From contig JAWQFM010000012.1 in assembly GCA_033442325.1 (NCBI GenBank), forward strand, positions 124,001 through 188,000: a stretch of DNA of 64,000 nucleotides, given 5' to 3'. This DNA comes from Salpingoeca rosetta. Taxonomy: Eukaryota; Protista; Choanoflagellata. Shown one piece after another: positions 30,359 to 45,185 of the stretch. The position numbers and the translations under genes are program-made. Position 1 is the stretch's first letter, and every line of letters starts with the position of its first letter. The notes under the pieces were generated by a model. That model made no database searches. It was not told the DNA's origin and was given only the letters and a program-made list of their open reading frames with translations.

Positions 30359-31959
30359 TGAAGGTGGTGGGTGTGGTGGTGGCTGATTGTTGGCTGAGTC
30401 AGAACATAACAGATCAATTCACCCATGGCAACGCCACCTGCTGTGCTCCCTCCCTGCTCCCATATTCAGCTGCTGGCAAACGGCGACTACGAGTACCTTC
30501 AGTCGCTCGACCAGCTCCAGCGCTGCCAGGAGCAGGGCACTGCCTTTGCAGACTTCAGCGAAGGGCCAATCAAGTTTCTTCCCACGTTCAAGGTGCGGTG
30601 ATGAGGATGCTGGGTGATGCTTGTTTGGTTGCGACTCGAACGCAGCCAGCTTGTAAAATGCACATGCACACACCCATGCACTTACCCATGCACGAACGCA
30701 CATTCTCTTGCCACCGCACGCTCTTACACATACACTCACACACACGCACTCACACACACACGCACTCACACTCACACTCACACTCACACTCACACTCACA
30801 CTAACACTCACACTCACACTCACACTCACACTCACACTCACTTGCACTTGCACGCCCACTTACTAACACCACACATCATACATTCATTCTCCCTCCCTCT
30901 CCCGCTTCTGCCACGTGTGCAGTATGACATCGGGACGTCGCGTTTCGACACGTCGCAGAAGCAGCGCGTGCCGTCCTGGACAGACCGGATCCTATGGAAG
31001 ACAAAACCAGAACTGAGCAACCGCGTCACGTGCCAGCTCTACTCGAGCGTCCCAAAGGTCACCTCGTCAGACCACAAGTGCGTTCATGTGTGTGTGCGTG
31101 CGTGGTGGAAAGAGGTGTGCCTCACTAGCAGCCATTTGCTACAGTCATTCGTGTTTCTAAATGAGTCACAAGGAGAGCCAGTGCCTCATCCACCGTCCCA
31201 TCCACCTCACCATCCATCACCACCACCCGTGTCCCCCACCCCCACCTTCTTCGCGGCCACATTGGTGACAGACCCGTGTTTGGCACGTACACCATCCAGC
31301 TGCCTGAGCTAGGAGAGGGCAACACGGTACTCGACCTTGACCGTACGCATCCATATGACTTCAAGGCGTACATGAAGGGAAACAGGCGCCACTTCTTCCA
31401 GAACGCCCCCTCCCTCGCCAGCACAGACAACTCCATTTCCGAAGCGTACGTTGCGCGCGCGCGTGTGTGTGTGTGTTGTGGTGTGTCTGTGTCCGTGTCT
31501 GTGTCTGTGGGTGTGTGCATGTGTGTGTCTGGGTGTCTGTGTGTCGTGTTGTGTTGTGTGTGTGTATTATGTTATGTTATGTGTTGTGTTGTGTGTGTGT
31601 ATTATGTTATGTTATGTGTTATGTTATGTGTTATGCTATGTTATGTGTTATGTTATGTTATGTGTTATGTTCAAGTCACGTCGTTGCTCTTCACTTGCTT
31701 CAGACGTCCTGCCCACCAACCAGCACATCCACACATGCATGTTCCATGCAACCCCTCGTCCTCTGCCTTCTCCCCCCAACCCCACCCCGTCTGACTCAAT
31801 GTACTCATGCGATCATGGACCATAACCACCCCCCCCCCCGAACTTTGTGCCTGCAGGCATGATCGCCCACCCACCGCGCCAGCCTCCGCCACCAACACTA
31901 TCCGGCCCACCTTCCGTGACCGGGTTGCCTATCGCAGTGCGATCTGTTCCGTTATGTAG
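25801..31959 (+). CDS. INPP5E: Inositol polyphosphate 5-phosphatase of INPP5E type with long low-complexity N-terminus and C-terminal CaaX
   Basis: VVTWNM, YVVATQE, TKGAVGI..FIDSHLAAH, FWCGDLNYR, PTFKYDIGT..QRVPSWTDRILW, SSDHKPV. Last exon (31857-31959) ends SAICSVM*. Confidence 0.9.
29656..29895. mobile_element. Candidate ~240-bp insertion (transposon relic or structured RNA) inside a (GT)n tract of an INPP5E intron
   Basis: Complex sequence bounded by (GT)n on both sides, a (TACG)n array at the left end, short inverted ends ACGACG..CGTCGT, and internal hairpins. Confidence 0.4.
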
Positions 31960-32440
31960 CCAGCAGCAACCCCCCCACAAGCATGAAGAACCACAAGCAA
32001 AGGAAGGGTGCCCCCTTTGTTCGCGTGCATGCACGTCATGATTCCCATGGCTACCTTTTGCTTTTGCCTGCTTTGCTTTTGCTGGCTTGCTTGCTTGATG
32101 CCAGCATCGTGTTGTTTACTGCGACCGCCAACATCTTCAATCAACCCTTCTGTTTTCTTCCCTTCATCTTGTTTAACCGCCACTTGAATGACTGCATGCT
32201 TGAATACGAAAGCGCTCGTGTGTAATTGAAGCACCAATGTGAATGTCGGGTGTTTGTTTCTCCCTCCGCCTGCCTGTCCATTGTATTTTACATTAGGTTC
32301 GGTCTGTTGTGTGATTTGATGAATGTGTATTTCACTGCTATGAAACCTCTCGCTTGGAAACGTGCAGAAGATGAACTTCAGGTGTGTGTGTGTGTGCGTG
32401 TGTGTCTGTGTGTGTGTGTGTGTGTGTGCGTGTGTGCGTG

Positions 32441-32475
<35 letters not shown>

Positions 32476-32573
32476 GCGAAAGGGGGGCAGGACACAACAT
32501 CCACAACAAACACACACACATGCCCTGACGATTCTGTGCAATTACAGCAAACCCCTCCTCCAAAGCACGAGGG

Positions 32574-34528
32574 ATGACGCTGGCGACGCTGGTTGGTGTG
32601 GCTGTGTTCGTGGCGCTGGCGTGTGGCACGCTCGCGGTGCCGCAGCAGCAGCACAGCGGCAGTGCTCGTCGGCACAAGCACGTTGGTGCCATGAACCAGG
32701 GTCTGCTTCACGTCATGCGCAAGCAAGGCCACGACACTTCTGACATCTTCACGCCAGTGTCTGCCGACGTCAAGTGGTGTGTTGTTGTGGTTGTATGTGT
32801 GTCTGTGTGTGTATGGGTATGTGTCCTGCTGTGTGTATGTATGTGTAGGTGTGTATATGTGTGTGTTTGTCTTGTCTACCTGTTGTTGGCCTGCCTGCTC
32901 GACCTCTCCACATGGCGCTCTTGCATGGTGCCTTTGTTCCATTGCACTTCCTTCCGTGCGTCCTGCTCACCTTGTTGTGGTGCACGTGTCCGACCCATCC
33001 CAACATTGCCTCATCAGGTTCACGCAGAAGGTTGACCACTTCAACCCACAGGACACCCGCACGTTCCAGCAGCAGTACCAGGTCAACGCCACGTACCACA
33101 AGCAGGGAGGCCCCGTCTTCCTGATGCTGGGCGGCGAGGGCCCCGCGTCCCCGCGCTGGCTTGAGATTGACACGGCCATCATGATCTACGCCCGCCAGCA
33201 CGACGCCGTCGTCGTCCAACTCGAGCACAGGTGTGCGTGTGTCTGTGTGTCGAAGTGTCGAAGTGTCTGTGTTTTGTGTGGATGTGTCGATGCGTCTGTG
33301 TGTGTCTATGTTTGTGTCTGTCTGTTTGCCTGTGCTTGTGGTAGTGTCTGGGTTTGTGTGTGTGCGCGCGTGTTTGTGTGCGTGTGTCTGTCTGTCTATG
33401 TTTGTGTCTGTCTGTCTGTTTCTGTCCTTTCTCTGCCCCTGTGTGTTTCAGTCTGTCTGTTCTTCTCGCTTGTGTGCACCCTGCGTGGCTCGTCACACTC
33501 AACCTGCATCAAGCTCGTGCTTCACCGTGTTTGCTGACTGACGTGCGCTTGCCATGTCCCTCTTCGTAAGGTTCTACGGCAAGTCGCAGCCGTTCAAGGA
33601 TCTCTCTACCGACCATCTGCAGTACCTCAGCAGCGAGCAGGTCAGTGCCGCCCATGCATCATGCTGACGCATACACGCACGCACACAACACAACACACAA
33701 CACACAAAGACGCACACACGCAAACACGCATACACGCACGCACACACAAACACACACACACACACAAACACACACACACGCACACACATATCATCACCCA
33801 CGCTTGATGAATTGGTTTCAACGTGTGCCCCCCCCCCATTGTGTGTCCTCATGTGTATGTGTGACTGCAGGCGCTCGCTGATGCCGCCAACTTCCTGACC
33901 AGCTTCATGCCCGGTGCACCCGCCGTTGTCTTTGGCGGCTCGTACTCTGGCGCCCTCGCAGCGTTCTTCCGCTCAAAGTCGGTGATGGTGTGTGTGTCTG
34001 TGTCTGTGTTTGTGTGTGTCTGTGTCTGTGTGTCTGTGTGTCTGTGTGTCTGTGTGTGTCTGTGTGTGTGTGTGTGTCTGTGTGTGCGTCTGTGTGTGTG
34101 TGTGTGTGTGTGTTTGTGTTTGTGTGTGTGTGTGTATCTGTGTGTTCATACGTGCGTGTGCACATGTGTGCGATGTGACTGTCTTGACCATATCACCACG
34201 CGCGAAACCAGCTGTGCCTCACCTGCAAACATCCCCCACCGCACTCCCAACACAACCTCCCTCCCTGCACGTGCTTTGACAGGTACCCGCATCTTGTGAA
34301 TGGCGCCATCTCCACATCCTCCCCCGTGTATGCACTCGTTGACTTCCACCAGTACCACGAGGTGGTCCGGAACAGCCTCGCCACAGTGCCCCACAACGGC
34401 TCACACTGCTCAGCTGGTTCGTGCCCGCGCAGGCGTTGGCCGCTCTGATGAGCAAACAGCCAAAACAAGTTCCTGATGCGTGGGTGTGTGTGTGTGTGTG
34501 TGTGCGTGTGTGCTGTGCTGAGCGGGTG

Positions 34529-34624
<96 letters not shown>

Positions 34625-35355
34625 ATGTGTGCCCTCACCGAACAGGTGCACTGTCGGCAGTTCGCATCTACACCACTGCTCATCCTCTGCCAACTCCCCT
34701 CGCTCCACCTGCACATGTGCATATGCGCAGCGATTGCGACTGCGACGGAGAAGATCCAGACGATGCTGAAGACGACAAACGGGCGGAAGCAGCTGGCAAA
34801 GGACTTCAACTTGTGCGGTGACAGCGACGTCACGCATGATGATGACATTGAGACACTCTTCACCAACCTTGCAGGCAACATCGACGGTGCGTGCGTACGT
34901 GTGTGTGTTTGCGCGCGTACCTGTGTATACGTACACGTGTGTGTGTGCGTGTGTGTGTGTGCGTGCGTGTTTGCATTTGTGTGTGTGTGTGTGCGTGTGC
35001 GTTTTTGCATTTGTGTTTGCGTGTGTGTTTGAATGTGCGTTTGCACTTGTGTGACTTGAACTCGCACAATCGCATGCTCATGTCCTCAACACACATGCAC
35101 GTGCAGGTGTTGTGCAGTACAACCTGGACAACAACCACTTTGAGGGCCGCACGAAGGTGCCCACCATCACGGACGTGTGTGCGGTGATGGCTGCCACGCC
35201 AAACGACCCCTACGCCGCATACGCCAACCTTCAAAAGTGCGCCAATCATGTCAAGAGGAGGAGGAGTGGGGGGGCACATGCGATGTGTGGCTACCTGGAA
35301 CAAGCACACGATCGCTGCTGCCATGTTTGCCCGCGCACAGTTGTGCTGCTTCCCG

Positions 35356-35431
<76 letters not shown>

Positions 35432-35551
35432 GGTACTTGACTGGCGGGGAGTGCATCGAGACGTCGTACGCGAACATGATCGCGGAGATGAAGAACACAT
35501 CGCTCTCGTCGGATGTCGCCGGCGGTATGCGCCAGTGGATCTACCAGGTGA

Positions 35552-35630
<79 letters not shown>

Positions 35631-35714
35631 ACACACATGCATCCACGTGCGCAAGTATGTTTTCGTGATGTCGCTGATTCGCACACCTCTCCTCGCACGA
35701 GGCTCACCACCACT

Positions 35715-35790
<76 letters not shown>

Positions 35791-36567
35791 CGATGTCACT
35801 GGTGCCGCGAGCAGACGTGCGTTGAGTTTGGGTTCTACCAGACGAGTGAAGGCAACGACAAGCCCTTCCTCAACACCATCTCGCTCAAGTACAACCTCGA
35901 CCAGTGCTCCGATATCTACGGTGTCCCCGGCCCAAACGTCAACTGGACAAACGCAAACTACGGTCTGCACATGCGCTGTGTGATCTGATGTGATGTGATG
36001 TGTGTATATATCTGTGTATATGTGTGATGTGTATGTGTGTGATGTGTGCGTGTGTGTGTGTTGTGAGTGGAAGCCACTTCCAGCGCGAACACATACGCAT
36101 GCTTCGTCACGCATCCGCAAGTGCTTGTTCTCACCTCCTCCTCCATCCATCCATCCATCCATCCACACTTCACCAGGCGGCTATGATGTGGCTGGCACGA
36201 ACATTGTGTATGTCAACGGGTTGATTGATCCCTGGCACGCCCTCAGCCGCACAGACACCGCTCTCCCCGATGGCTGCGACGCAATTGTCATTCCGCAAAC
36301 GGCGCACTGGTACACGCACACGTTTGCTCGGTGTATGTGTTTGTGTGCGTGCGTGTGCGTGTGTGCCTGTGTGTGCCTGTACTTTCCATGTTTGCTCGTC
36401 TCCTCGCCTTTCTCCACTCACCACGTCCCCCCCCCCCTCTCCACTCACCTCGTCACCAATGTGGCAGTGCGAACATGTACCCACCCAGCCCCGATGATCC
36501 GCCAGCACTCACGCGCGCACGCGAGACCATCTCCAGCTACCTCGGCGTGTGGACGGGCGGCAACTGA
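32574..36567 (+). CDS. Secreted peptidase S28-family serine carboxypeptidase (PRSS16/PRCP-like), multi-exon
   Basis: Signal peptide [18 protein letters not shown]; [39 protein letters not shown], catalytic [32 protein letters not shown]; TGA at 36565-36567. Confidence 0.92.
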
Positions 36568-36700
36568 ACGCATGTGCACAACGGCACACGCACCAGCCAC
36601 GCGTCGCCCTGTATGGCTTTCCTTCCTTTACTGTTGCGATGCTGGTTGTTTCCCATACACTCTTGCGCCATATCAGCGAAAGAACAACAAGATCACGGAG

Positions 36701-36792
<92 letters not shown>

Positions 36793-36805
36793 CACAATGT
36801 GTTGC

Positions 36806-38954
36806 CTATGCCTGCTTGCCATGTTTTGCTGCTGGCGGTGCGTGCCCAAAGTTGAACGCCTTGACCTGGGCATCGTCCATATCCACGAGTGCCTGCAACG
36901 CCTGCCACCCTGGCGCCGCCGTAACGAGCAGATACGTGTTGGTTGGATCCTGGCTGAAGCTGTATGCGCTCATGATGCAGCTTTGGCACAGGCGTGCTGC
37001 GGTGAGGGTGTGAAGGAGAGACAGCTCGGCTGGCGTGAGTGGGAGGATGGCCTGGTATTCGCGCCCAATGGTTGACGCCACATGCTGCAAATCCGACTTC
37101 TCAAGGCACGCTGCACATACACGGGGGAGGGAGTGGGCGATGGGTTGAGAGGGGGTGGTTGATATGGCATGGAGCTGTCGTGCAGCCAGTGCCAGGGCAT
37201 ACGCACACGCGTGCGCGCACGCACTCACACACATGAACAAACAACCAAACACACACACAAACAAACAAACAAACCAAACCACACCAAACCAAACCAAATC
37301 AAACCAAACCACCAAAGACATTCAAGCATGACTGGGTGATGCCCCACCGTATGCGATGCAGATGGCGAGCTCGTTGATGCGCCACGAGTGAACGACGTCG
37401 CCAAAGTCAAGAAACCCGGAGACACCACTTCCGTCCTCGCTCATCACGATGTTGTGGTCGTTTGCATCGTTCTGCAGCACACACGAGGGCAAGGCGCTGG
37501 CCAGCTGCGGCACCTGCGCCTCGTATCGCTCCATCACCTTGGTGGCGAGCGCACGCTTGCTGTCGTCTGTGATGTGGGGCAGGAACACGTGCAGCTGCGA
37601 CAGGTGCTGCAGGTCCCACAGGTGCACGCGGTGGCAGCCCGGGTGGTCGAAGCTGTCGCGTGTGTGCAGATGATATGGGTGGATGGATGGGGTTGAGAAA
37701 AGGTGCACTGGGAGGGGATGGAGGGGTGCGCATTACGATAGCACGCTCGTGCAGGCACAACTGAGAGTACAGCAGCACGCGCAGACGCATACACACACAT
37801 ACACACATGCGCACACGCGCACACGCACATTTGCACAGACACACACACGCGCGCGTACATGATGCTGACCTTTGAAGGGCAAGGTCCATGCGTGCGAGGG
37901 AGGCGCCGAGGTCGGCCAGGACGGCGTCCGTATGTTCAACCTCGCACATCAGTTTGCCGGGCAAATACGCAAGCAAGCGAATGCCATGGCGCACTTGGTG
38001 GCAGCAAACGCATGAAGGCGTACAGCAACAAGCAACAAGAGCAAATGTGAGCGTGTGGTGCAAGGCAGGGACCTCAAAGTGGAGTGTGCAATTTGCTGGA
38101 GGCGCAACCTGTATGACAGCAGCGGCAGTATGGCGCGGTACCTTTCTTGCCATCTGGTCGCTGGAGCTCCTTGTAGATGATGTGTTGATTCGGGTTTGAG
38201 GCGAGCGGCAGCGGCACTGGTGCTGCGACCTTGTTCTTGTGCAGGTGCAGCAGCAACTTATTCTGTGCATCGAGGAACGTCTCCCTCTCCGGCCGTGAGT
38301 CCGCTCCTTGAAATGTGACGCATGTAGTGTGTGTAGATGTTGTGCGCGTGTGTGTGTGTTGTGTGTGTTGTGTGTGTGTGTGTGTTGTGTGCGTGTTGTG
38401 TGTGCGTGTTGTGTGTGTGTGCGTGTGCGCGTGTGTGAGTGTGTGAGTGTGTGTGCGCGCGTGTGTGAACAAGGTGCTTTTGGGAGCAGTGTGAGCAAGG
38501 TGCTTTTGGGAGGTGCTTGTGCAACCAGTGCGGTCAGTTCACATTTACATCCCACAACGCCTGACTAGTCGCCTCTCCCATCTCCATAGTCCACCACACA
38601 CGCATACGGTGCGGCCACGCACCGTTGTGAACCTTGAACACGAAGCTGCCTCGTGTTGCGGAGATGAGGTAGTTCCTGTCATCGTAGGAATCAAACTCCT
38701 TCTCCACAGTGGCGTTTTCCAATCCAAACTCCTCCTGGCACAGCTGCACAATCAGTGCCGAATCCACCTTTGGCGGCTTCAGCGCCTTCCTGGTTCACAG
38801 GCACACATGCACATAATCAATTAATGCATGAGCCAGTGACATACGTGATGTGAAGCTGCGTGGATGCGCAACGTGGTTTGACATTGTGGTCGGTGGCACA
38901 GGCGTGCGCTCACTCGCTCGCATCACCGCACCTCAAGATTTCTTCCTCGCTCAT
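36806..38954 (-). CDS. HYKK: Hydroxylysine kinase-like protein (APH phosphotransferase fold), multi-exon
   Basis: MSEEEILRKALKPPKVDSAL.., SYDDRNYLI, FVFKVHN, RLLAYLPGK, HLWDLQH, LQNDANDHNIV, FLDFGD, NELAICIAY, DPTNTYLL. Confidence 0.8.
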
Positions 38955-39212
38955 TGTTGATTATAATTCGAAGTGATGTTAATGGGTACATCTCCAACGT
39001 GGACAAGGGTTAACTCACCATAAAGTAACATCGAATCAACAAATAATCACCATCAGACTTGTGACGTTTTTTTTTTGGCATTCCAGTCAGCCACACGTCT
39101 GTTGCTTGTTGCGAGGCTTGTCGCTGGCTCGCTTCGCTTGTTTGCATTGACTCTGAAGACAAAGGACACACAGAAAAGGTGACTCAAATGGCCAAGTGGG
39201 CGTGGATTGTTG

Positions 39213-39283
<71 letters not shown>

Positions 39284-39541
39284 TGTGTGTCTCAGAGACA
39301 CACACTGTGAGAGAGTGACACAGTCACTCACACCGTGTCTGTGTATACACACAGACAGGTACGCGCAAGCGAGAGACGAGCATTGGAGGGGGTGTGTGTC
39401 TTTTAAATCAAAGTAGCAATTAAACCAATGGGAAGTAGGGGACAAGGAAGAAACAACACACATGCCATTCAAAGAAATCAGATAACCACGTGAACAGAGA
39501 ACAGAATTGATCGGATGGTGGGGACCCACCCACCCCATAAC

Positions 39542-39641
39542 NNNNNNNNNNNNNNNNNNNNNNNNNNNNNNNNNNNNNNNNNNNNNNNNNNNNNNNNNNN
39601 NNNNNNNNNNNNNNNNNNNNNNNNNNNNNNNNNNNNNNNNN
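39542..39641. other. Assembly gap (100 N)
   Basis: Run of N. Confidence 1.
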
Positions 39642-39653
39642 AGGGTGGGGGGG

Positions 39654-39727
<74 letters not shown>

Positions 39728-39766
39728 GTGAATGGAAGAAGAGTGGTTTTGTTCTGTAACTCCTCC

Positions 39767-39818
<52 letters not shown>

Positions 39819-39927
39819 ACACTCACACACACTCACACACACGCGCATTGACGCATGTTGCTGCCCTTGCGATCAGGGTTGCCTTTGGCGCATATGTGTT
39901 GGTGGCGTCAGTGGAAGGATCAACACC

Positions 39928-40165
39928 ATGCCATCAGACAAGTCGGGAAGCACCCTGACAGCCGAAAAATCAGGATCGGGCGATGGCACGCCAGCCACCC
40001 CACAACCATCTTCCAACACAGCACCAACACCATCCACCGCACGCAGAAAACGAAGGGTGAGAGAGAGAGAGAGCATGTGTGTCTGTGTTCCTGTGTGTGT
40101 CTGTGTGTGTGTGTGTGTATGTTCCTGTGTGTGTCTGTGTTCCTGTGTGTGCCTGTGTGTACCTC

Positions 40166-40196
<31 letters not shown>

Positions 40197-42028
40197 TCCT
40201 GTGTGTGTCTCTGTGTGTACCTCTGTGTGTGTGTATTTGAGAGAGAGAGAGAGTGTGTGTGTGTGTGTGTGTGTGCATCCCCCTCCCTTCCGCCCCCCCC
40301 CCTCTCTGCTGCAGTTGCAGGCATGAGAGCAACCTCCCCCTCCGACACCCACCCACCACACACACACACACACATTGTGTCCTTTTCGTCGCAGTTTCTG
40401 TTCTTTCGGCTCGGCGATGAGCTGATAGGCCACAAGCCAAAGAAGAAGCTGCCATTCCGGCTGCTTCGGCGGTCTACGGCGTCATCCCCGGCCAAGGCAG
40501 GAGGCCTGGGCACGGTGGGCGAAGCAGGCGGTACCAGCGATCCAGCACAGGCAGCGGCGCCATCATCGTCGTCATCGTCGTCGCCACCACCATCGTCTGG
40601 CAAGCTGAGCCGGCGGGAACGCAAGGAACGCAAGAGCAAGAGGAAAGAAAAGAAGAAGAAGGACAAGGCCAAGGACAAGGACAAAGATGAGCGCAACAAA
40701 CAGCAGTCACCGCCAGCATTAGCGCTGGATGACGCACAGCAGCCAAGCACTACGGACTCACAAAAGAGCGCATTTGCCAGCACACATATCACCACCCAAC
40801 AGCAGCAACAGCAGCAGCCGGAGCATGGTGGCGAAGGCGCTGATGGCGCGAGTCAGACGTCATCATCTTGCGCGTCGTCTGCATCCGCACCACGAACACC
40901 GACAACACCCCGCCGGTCCACCACGAGTGACGTGCTGCTGGACACGGCTGGAGACGCCGCCCTGCCCACGTCACCGCAGCACCTCGGCCCAATCCCGCGC
41001 CCATCCGGTCAGCAGCCGTGTTGCTTTGTTTGCGGAGGGTGTGTCTGTCTGTGTTTGTGTCTGCGTCTGTGTCTGTCTGTGTTTGAGTCTGTCTGTCTAT
41101 CTGTGTCTGTGTCTTTATGAATGTGTGCTGTGTAGTTCTGTTGTGTTGAGTCTGTCATTCTGCGTGAATGCCTCCATATGTCTGTCTGTCCCTCTGTCTG
41201 TTTGTGCCTGTCTGCCTTCTCGCATGCCTCACTGCCAACCTTCACCCATCCAACTCACGTGTCCCCTCACCAACGCCGCCCAACATTTATTTCAAACAGG
41301 CCTGTCGCGGGAGCTGTCGATATCGGGAGCCATGTCCTCTGCGGCGGTTGCGGGCGTGACAGCAACTGCATTTGACCGCGCCGCTGCCCGCTCCATGCGC
41401 ATGTCCCGCCACCGCCACCGCCGCCCCAGCATCTTCGATGAGCCCATCACACACGTTGTCTCTGGCACGGTCACCGTCCGGCGCGCATCCATATTCGACC
41501 CCTCGCCCTCACCCACCGACGCCACCACCCACGATCAACACGCCATCATCAATGGTGATGGTGGTGCGTGGGGCCGTGCGCGCCCGTCTGTGCTACGGCG
41601 AGCGGGGGGACTGGTGCGTTCCACGTCAGCCAGCGACCTCTTCACCAGCACGAAGAGCAAGCACGCGAGTGGTGATGGCGGCGGCGGTGATGGTGAGGAA
41701 GAGAAGATGGAAGAGCAGCGTGGAGAGGAGGATGCGGGTGAGAGCGAGGGCAAGGGTGCCCCTGGTACAGGTGAGCGAACACAAAACAAAGAGGGAGAAG
41801 GGAGCGAGCACGAGGACGATGTTGCGGCGCTGTTGACACCGGTTGAGAGCCAGCGCCCAAAGAGCGAACAGGTCTTCACCCCAGAGGCAATGGTGCGTGC
41901 ACGCAAACAGCCCGGCTCTTACCGTACATGTGTGTGTGTGCGTGCGTGTATGTGTGTGTGTGCGTGGAGTATGTGTATGTGTGTGTGTGTGTGTGTGCGT
42001 GCGTGTGTGTGTGTGTGTGTGTGTGTGC

Positions 42029-42112
<84 letters not shown>

Positions 42113-42726
42113 CTTGAGCCCAAGTTCAACGTATTCAGTACATCTGTTTGTGCGTCCAATTCATGTTCCAGCTCACATTTGTCACCACCACCACCAACCA
42201 CCACCGCAACTGCTTATGCACTATCAAGGGAGAGGGCCCAGCGTTTTCGCTGGAGTTCTCATGCGATCAGCAGCAGCAGGAGGAGAAGGGGAAGGAGAAG
42301 AAGGAAGAGGGCAACGGAGTTGATGAGGAGAAGGGGAAGGAGGTGGTGAAGCAGCAAGAGATGAACGACAACGAGCAAGATAACGGCCAACACGAAGAAG
42401 AGCGAGAGGAGGAGGAGGAGGAGGCGCCTGTGCTGGACGATCCGTCCACAGAGGAACGACATGCGGCTGCTCGCTCGTTCAGGTGCGATGGTGATGGTGG
42501 TGTTGGTGGTGATGGTAGCCGTGGTGGCGGTTGTGGTGACACGCGATTTGGTGGCCCCTTTGATGCTCGCTCACATGACGGGTGGACGATACTGTCTGAT
42601 CTTGGGCACTGGTTTGCTTGCAGGCATTCTTGGCACGGTCGCACCGCGTTTGACGAAACACAAGGTGTGTGTGTGTGTGTGTGTGTCTGTGTGTCTGTGT
42701 GTCTGTGTCTGTGTGTCTGTGTCTGT

Positions 42727-42769
<43 letters not shown>

Positions 42770-43834
42770 TGCATGTCTGTCTGTGTGTGTGTGTGTGTGT
42801 TTGTACAACCCACGCCACTCACTCACATACATACGCACTCCTCTCCCCCCCCCCCTTCTTCACTCCCGCGTCCCCCGTGCGCAGATGAGGCTGACGTGGA
42901 CGAGCTGCCGTCCTCAGTGTTCCGCATCACCGACCTGGAAGTAGGCCGCGTGCTGGGAAAGGTGAGGCAGAGCATGTGTGTTTCTGTGTGTGTATGTGTA
43001 TGTGTGTGTGTATGTCTGTCTGTCTGTGTGTGCATGTGTGTTTGTGAGCAGTGCATTCATTATCATTCAATGGCCACAGCCAAAGCAACTCACCCATACT
43101 GCCGGCTGTGTTTGCACATATGTGTGTGTCAGGGGTTCTATGGCCGCGTGCTGCAGTGCACACACAAATACACCGGCGAAACCGTGGTGGTCAAGGAGCT
43201 GATTCGCACGTACGTGTGACTCCGGACCACGTGGTGGTGGGCGCGCATGTGCCCAGTGTTTGCCCACTTCTGTAGAGACGTGATGATTCTCATGGTCCAT
43301 TCATTCACACACGCACGCACGCACACAAACATACGCACGCACGCACGCACGCACACATGCACCGCAGGGACTCTGAGGCAAAGGCGCTGTTTGTGCAGGA
43401 GATGAGTCTGCTGAAGAAATTGAAGCACAGGAACGTGCTCAGGTTCATTGGCATCTTCTACAGCAACGACAAGGTGCCAGTACCATCGCATTGTAGTACA
43501 TTGCATGAGCAGAAAGAAGCGGGGGTGGGGTTAACGTCGTGAGATTTCGTTTCACGGTACTTGTTTCACGATACTTGTTTCCCTGGACTCAATTGTTGTC
43601 CAGTGTTCCTCGCTCACGTCATGCCATGTTCCCCTCTTCCACCGCCATGGCAGCTGCACCTGGTCACGGAGTATGTTGACAACGGGACGCTGCGCAACCA
43701 CATTCTCAACGAGGCAGAGACACTCCCGTGGGATCTCAGGTGCACACACGCGTATATGGTCGTGATGTTGTGTGGGGGATGTGGGGGGTGTGTGTGTATG
43801 TGTGCGTATGTGTATGTGTGTGTGTGTTGGGGGT

Positions 43835-43878
<44 letters not shown>

Positions 43879-45114
43879 GGAGGTGGTGTGCTGGGGTGGT
43901 GTTGTTGTGTGATTGTGTGATTGTGTGTGTATGCGTGTGTGAACTGACAACACATGAGGTGCAAGTCTCCATGTCGTGTGCACGCCATACTCACTGCAAT
44001 CCACCTCATTCCTTTCCGTCCGTTTCGTGTCGGGTTGCAGGGTGCAGATGGTGCGCGATGTTGCGCTGGGAATGGAATATCTCCATGGCCAATCGTGCGT
44101 CTCCGCTGTTTTGCTTGCAGGCACACAACAGAGCAAGAGAGAGAACAAGAGAGTGTGTGTGTATGTGTGTGTGTGTGTGTGTGCATCGGTGTTCCTTTGC
44201 CTCGATGATCTTCTGCCCTCACGCTGTACTGTGCCTGCGTGTGTTTAGCATCATCCATCGCGATTTGAAGACGGAGAACTGCCTTGTCCGCCACGACATG
44301 AGCATCGTCCTCTGCGACTTTGGACTCGCAAGAGTGATGAAAGGGGAAGTGTTCAAGGAACGGCGCTGTAAGTCACACGCTCGTGCTTCCCACCCACTTG
44401 AGCAATTGCCTTCATCCATCGCCCACCCAACCCCCAACTGCAATTTTCTTGTTTCCCTGCCCTTGCTTCTCGCACCCTGGCCTCACCCCACCCCCCCCCC
44501 CCCACCTCGCTCTGCACGCTACGTCGGCCATTCTTGTCTGCGTGTGTCCAGCGCTCGACCGCGGCCTTACCCACTCCATGCGCGTGCTCCCGGCCGTCTC
44601 CCCCGCCGCCCGCGCACACATGACCGTCGTCGGCACGCCAGACTGGTGCGTGAACACACACGCACACACGCATGTCGTTCGTTCATTGTGTGTGTCTGTG
44701 TGTGATTAGACTTGTACATAACCGCCACCTCACCTTGATCTTTTCTACTGCCTTGTCCGCGCTGGCAGGATGGCCCCGGAGATGATTATGAGCGGCGACT
44801 ACAACCAGTCAGCAGACGTGTTCTCCTTTGGTGCGGTACCCCACCACACGCACGCTCGCAATGCAGACCACACACCCTCACACACGCACATGCACCACAA
44901 TTACACGAGCACACATACACATACGTACTGACCACCCACCAACTCACATTGGGATGCTGTATCGTGTGACAGGGCTGATTGTGTGCTCGCTGATTGCGCG
45001 CATGGACCCTGACCCAGATCTCATCCGAACGCACACGTTTGGCCTCGACCACGCAAAGTTCAGGTCTGCGTGCGTGTGTGTTGGGGGGGGGGGTTGTTCG
45101 TTTGTGTGTGTGTT

Positions 45115-45185
<71 letters not shown>

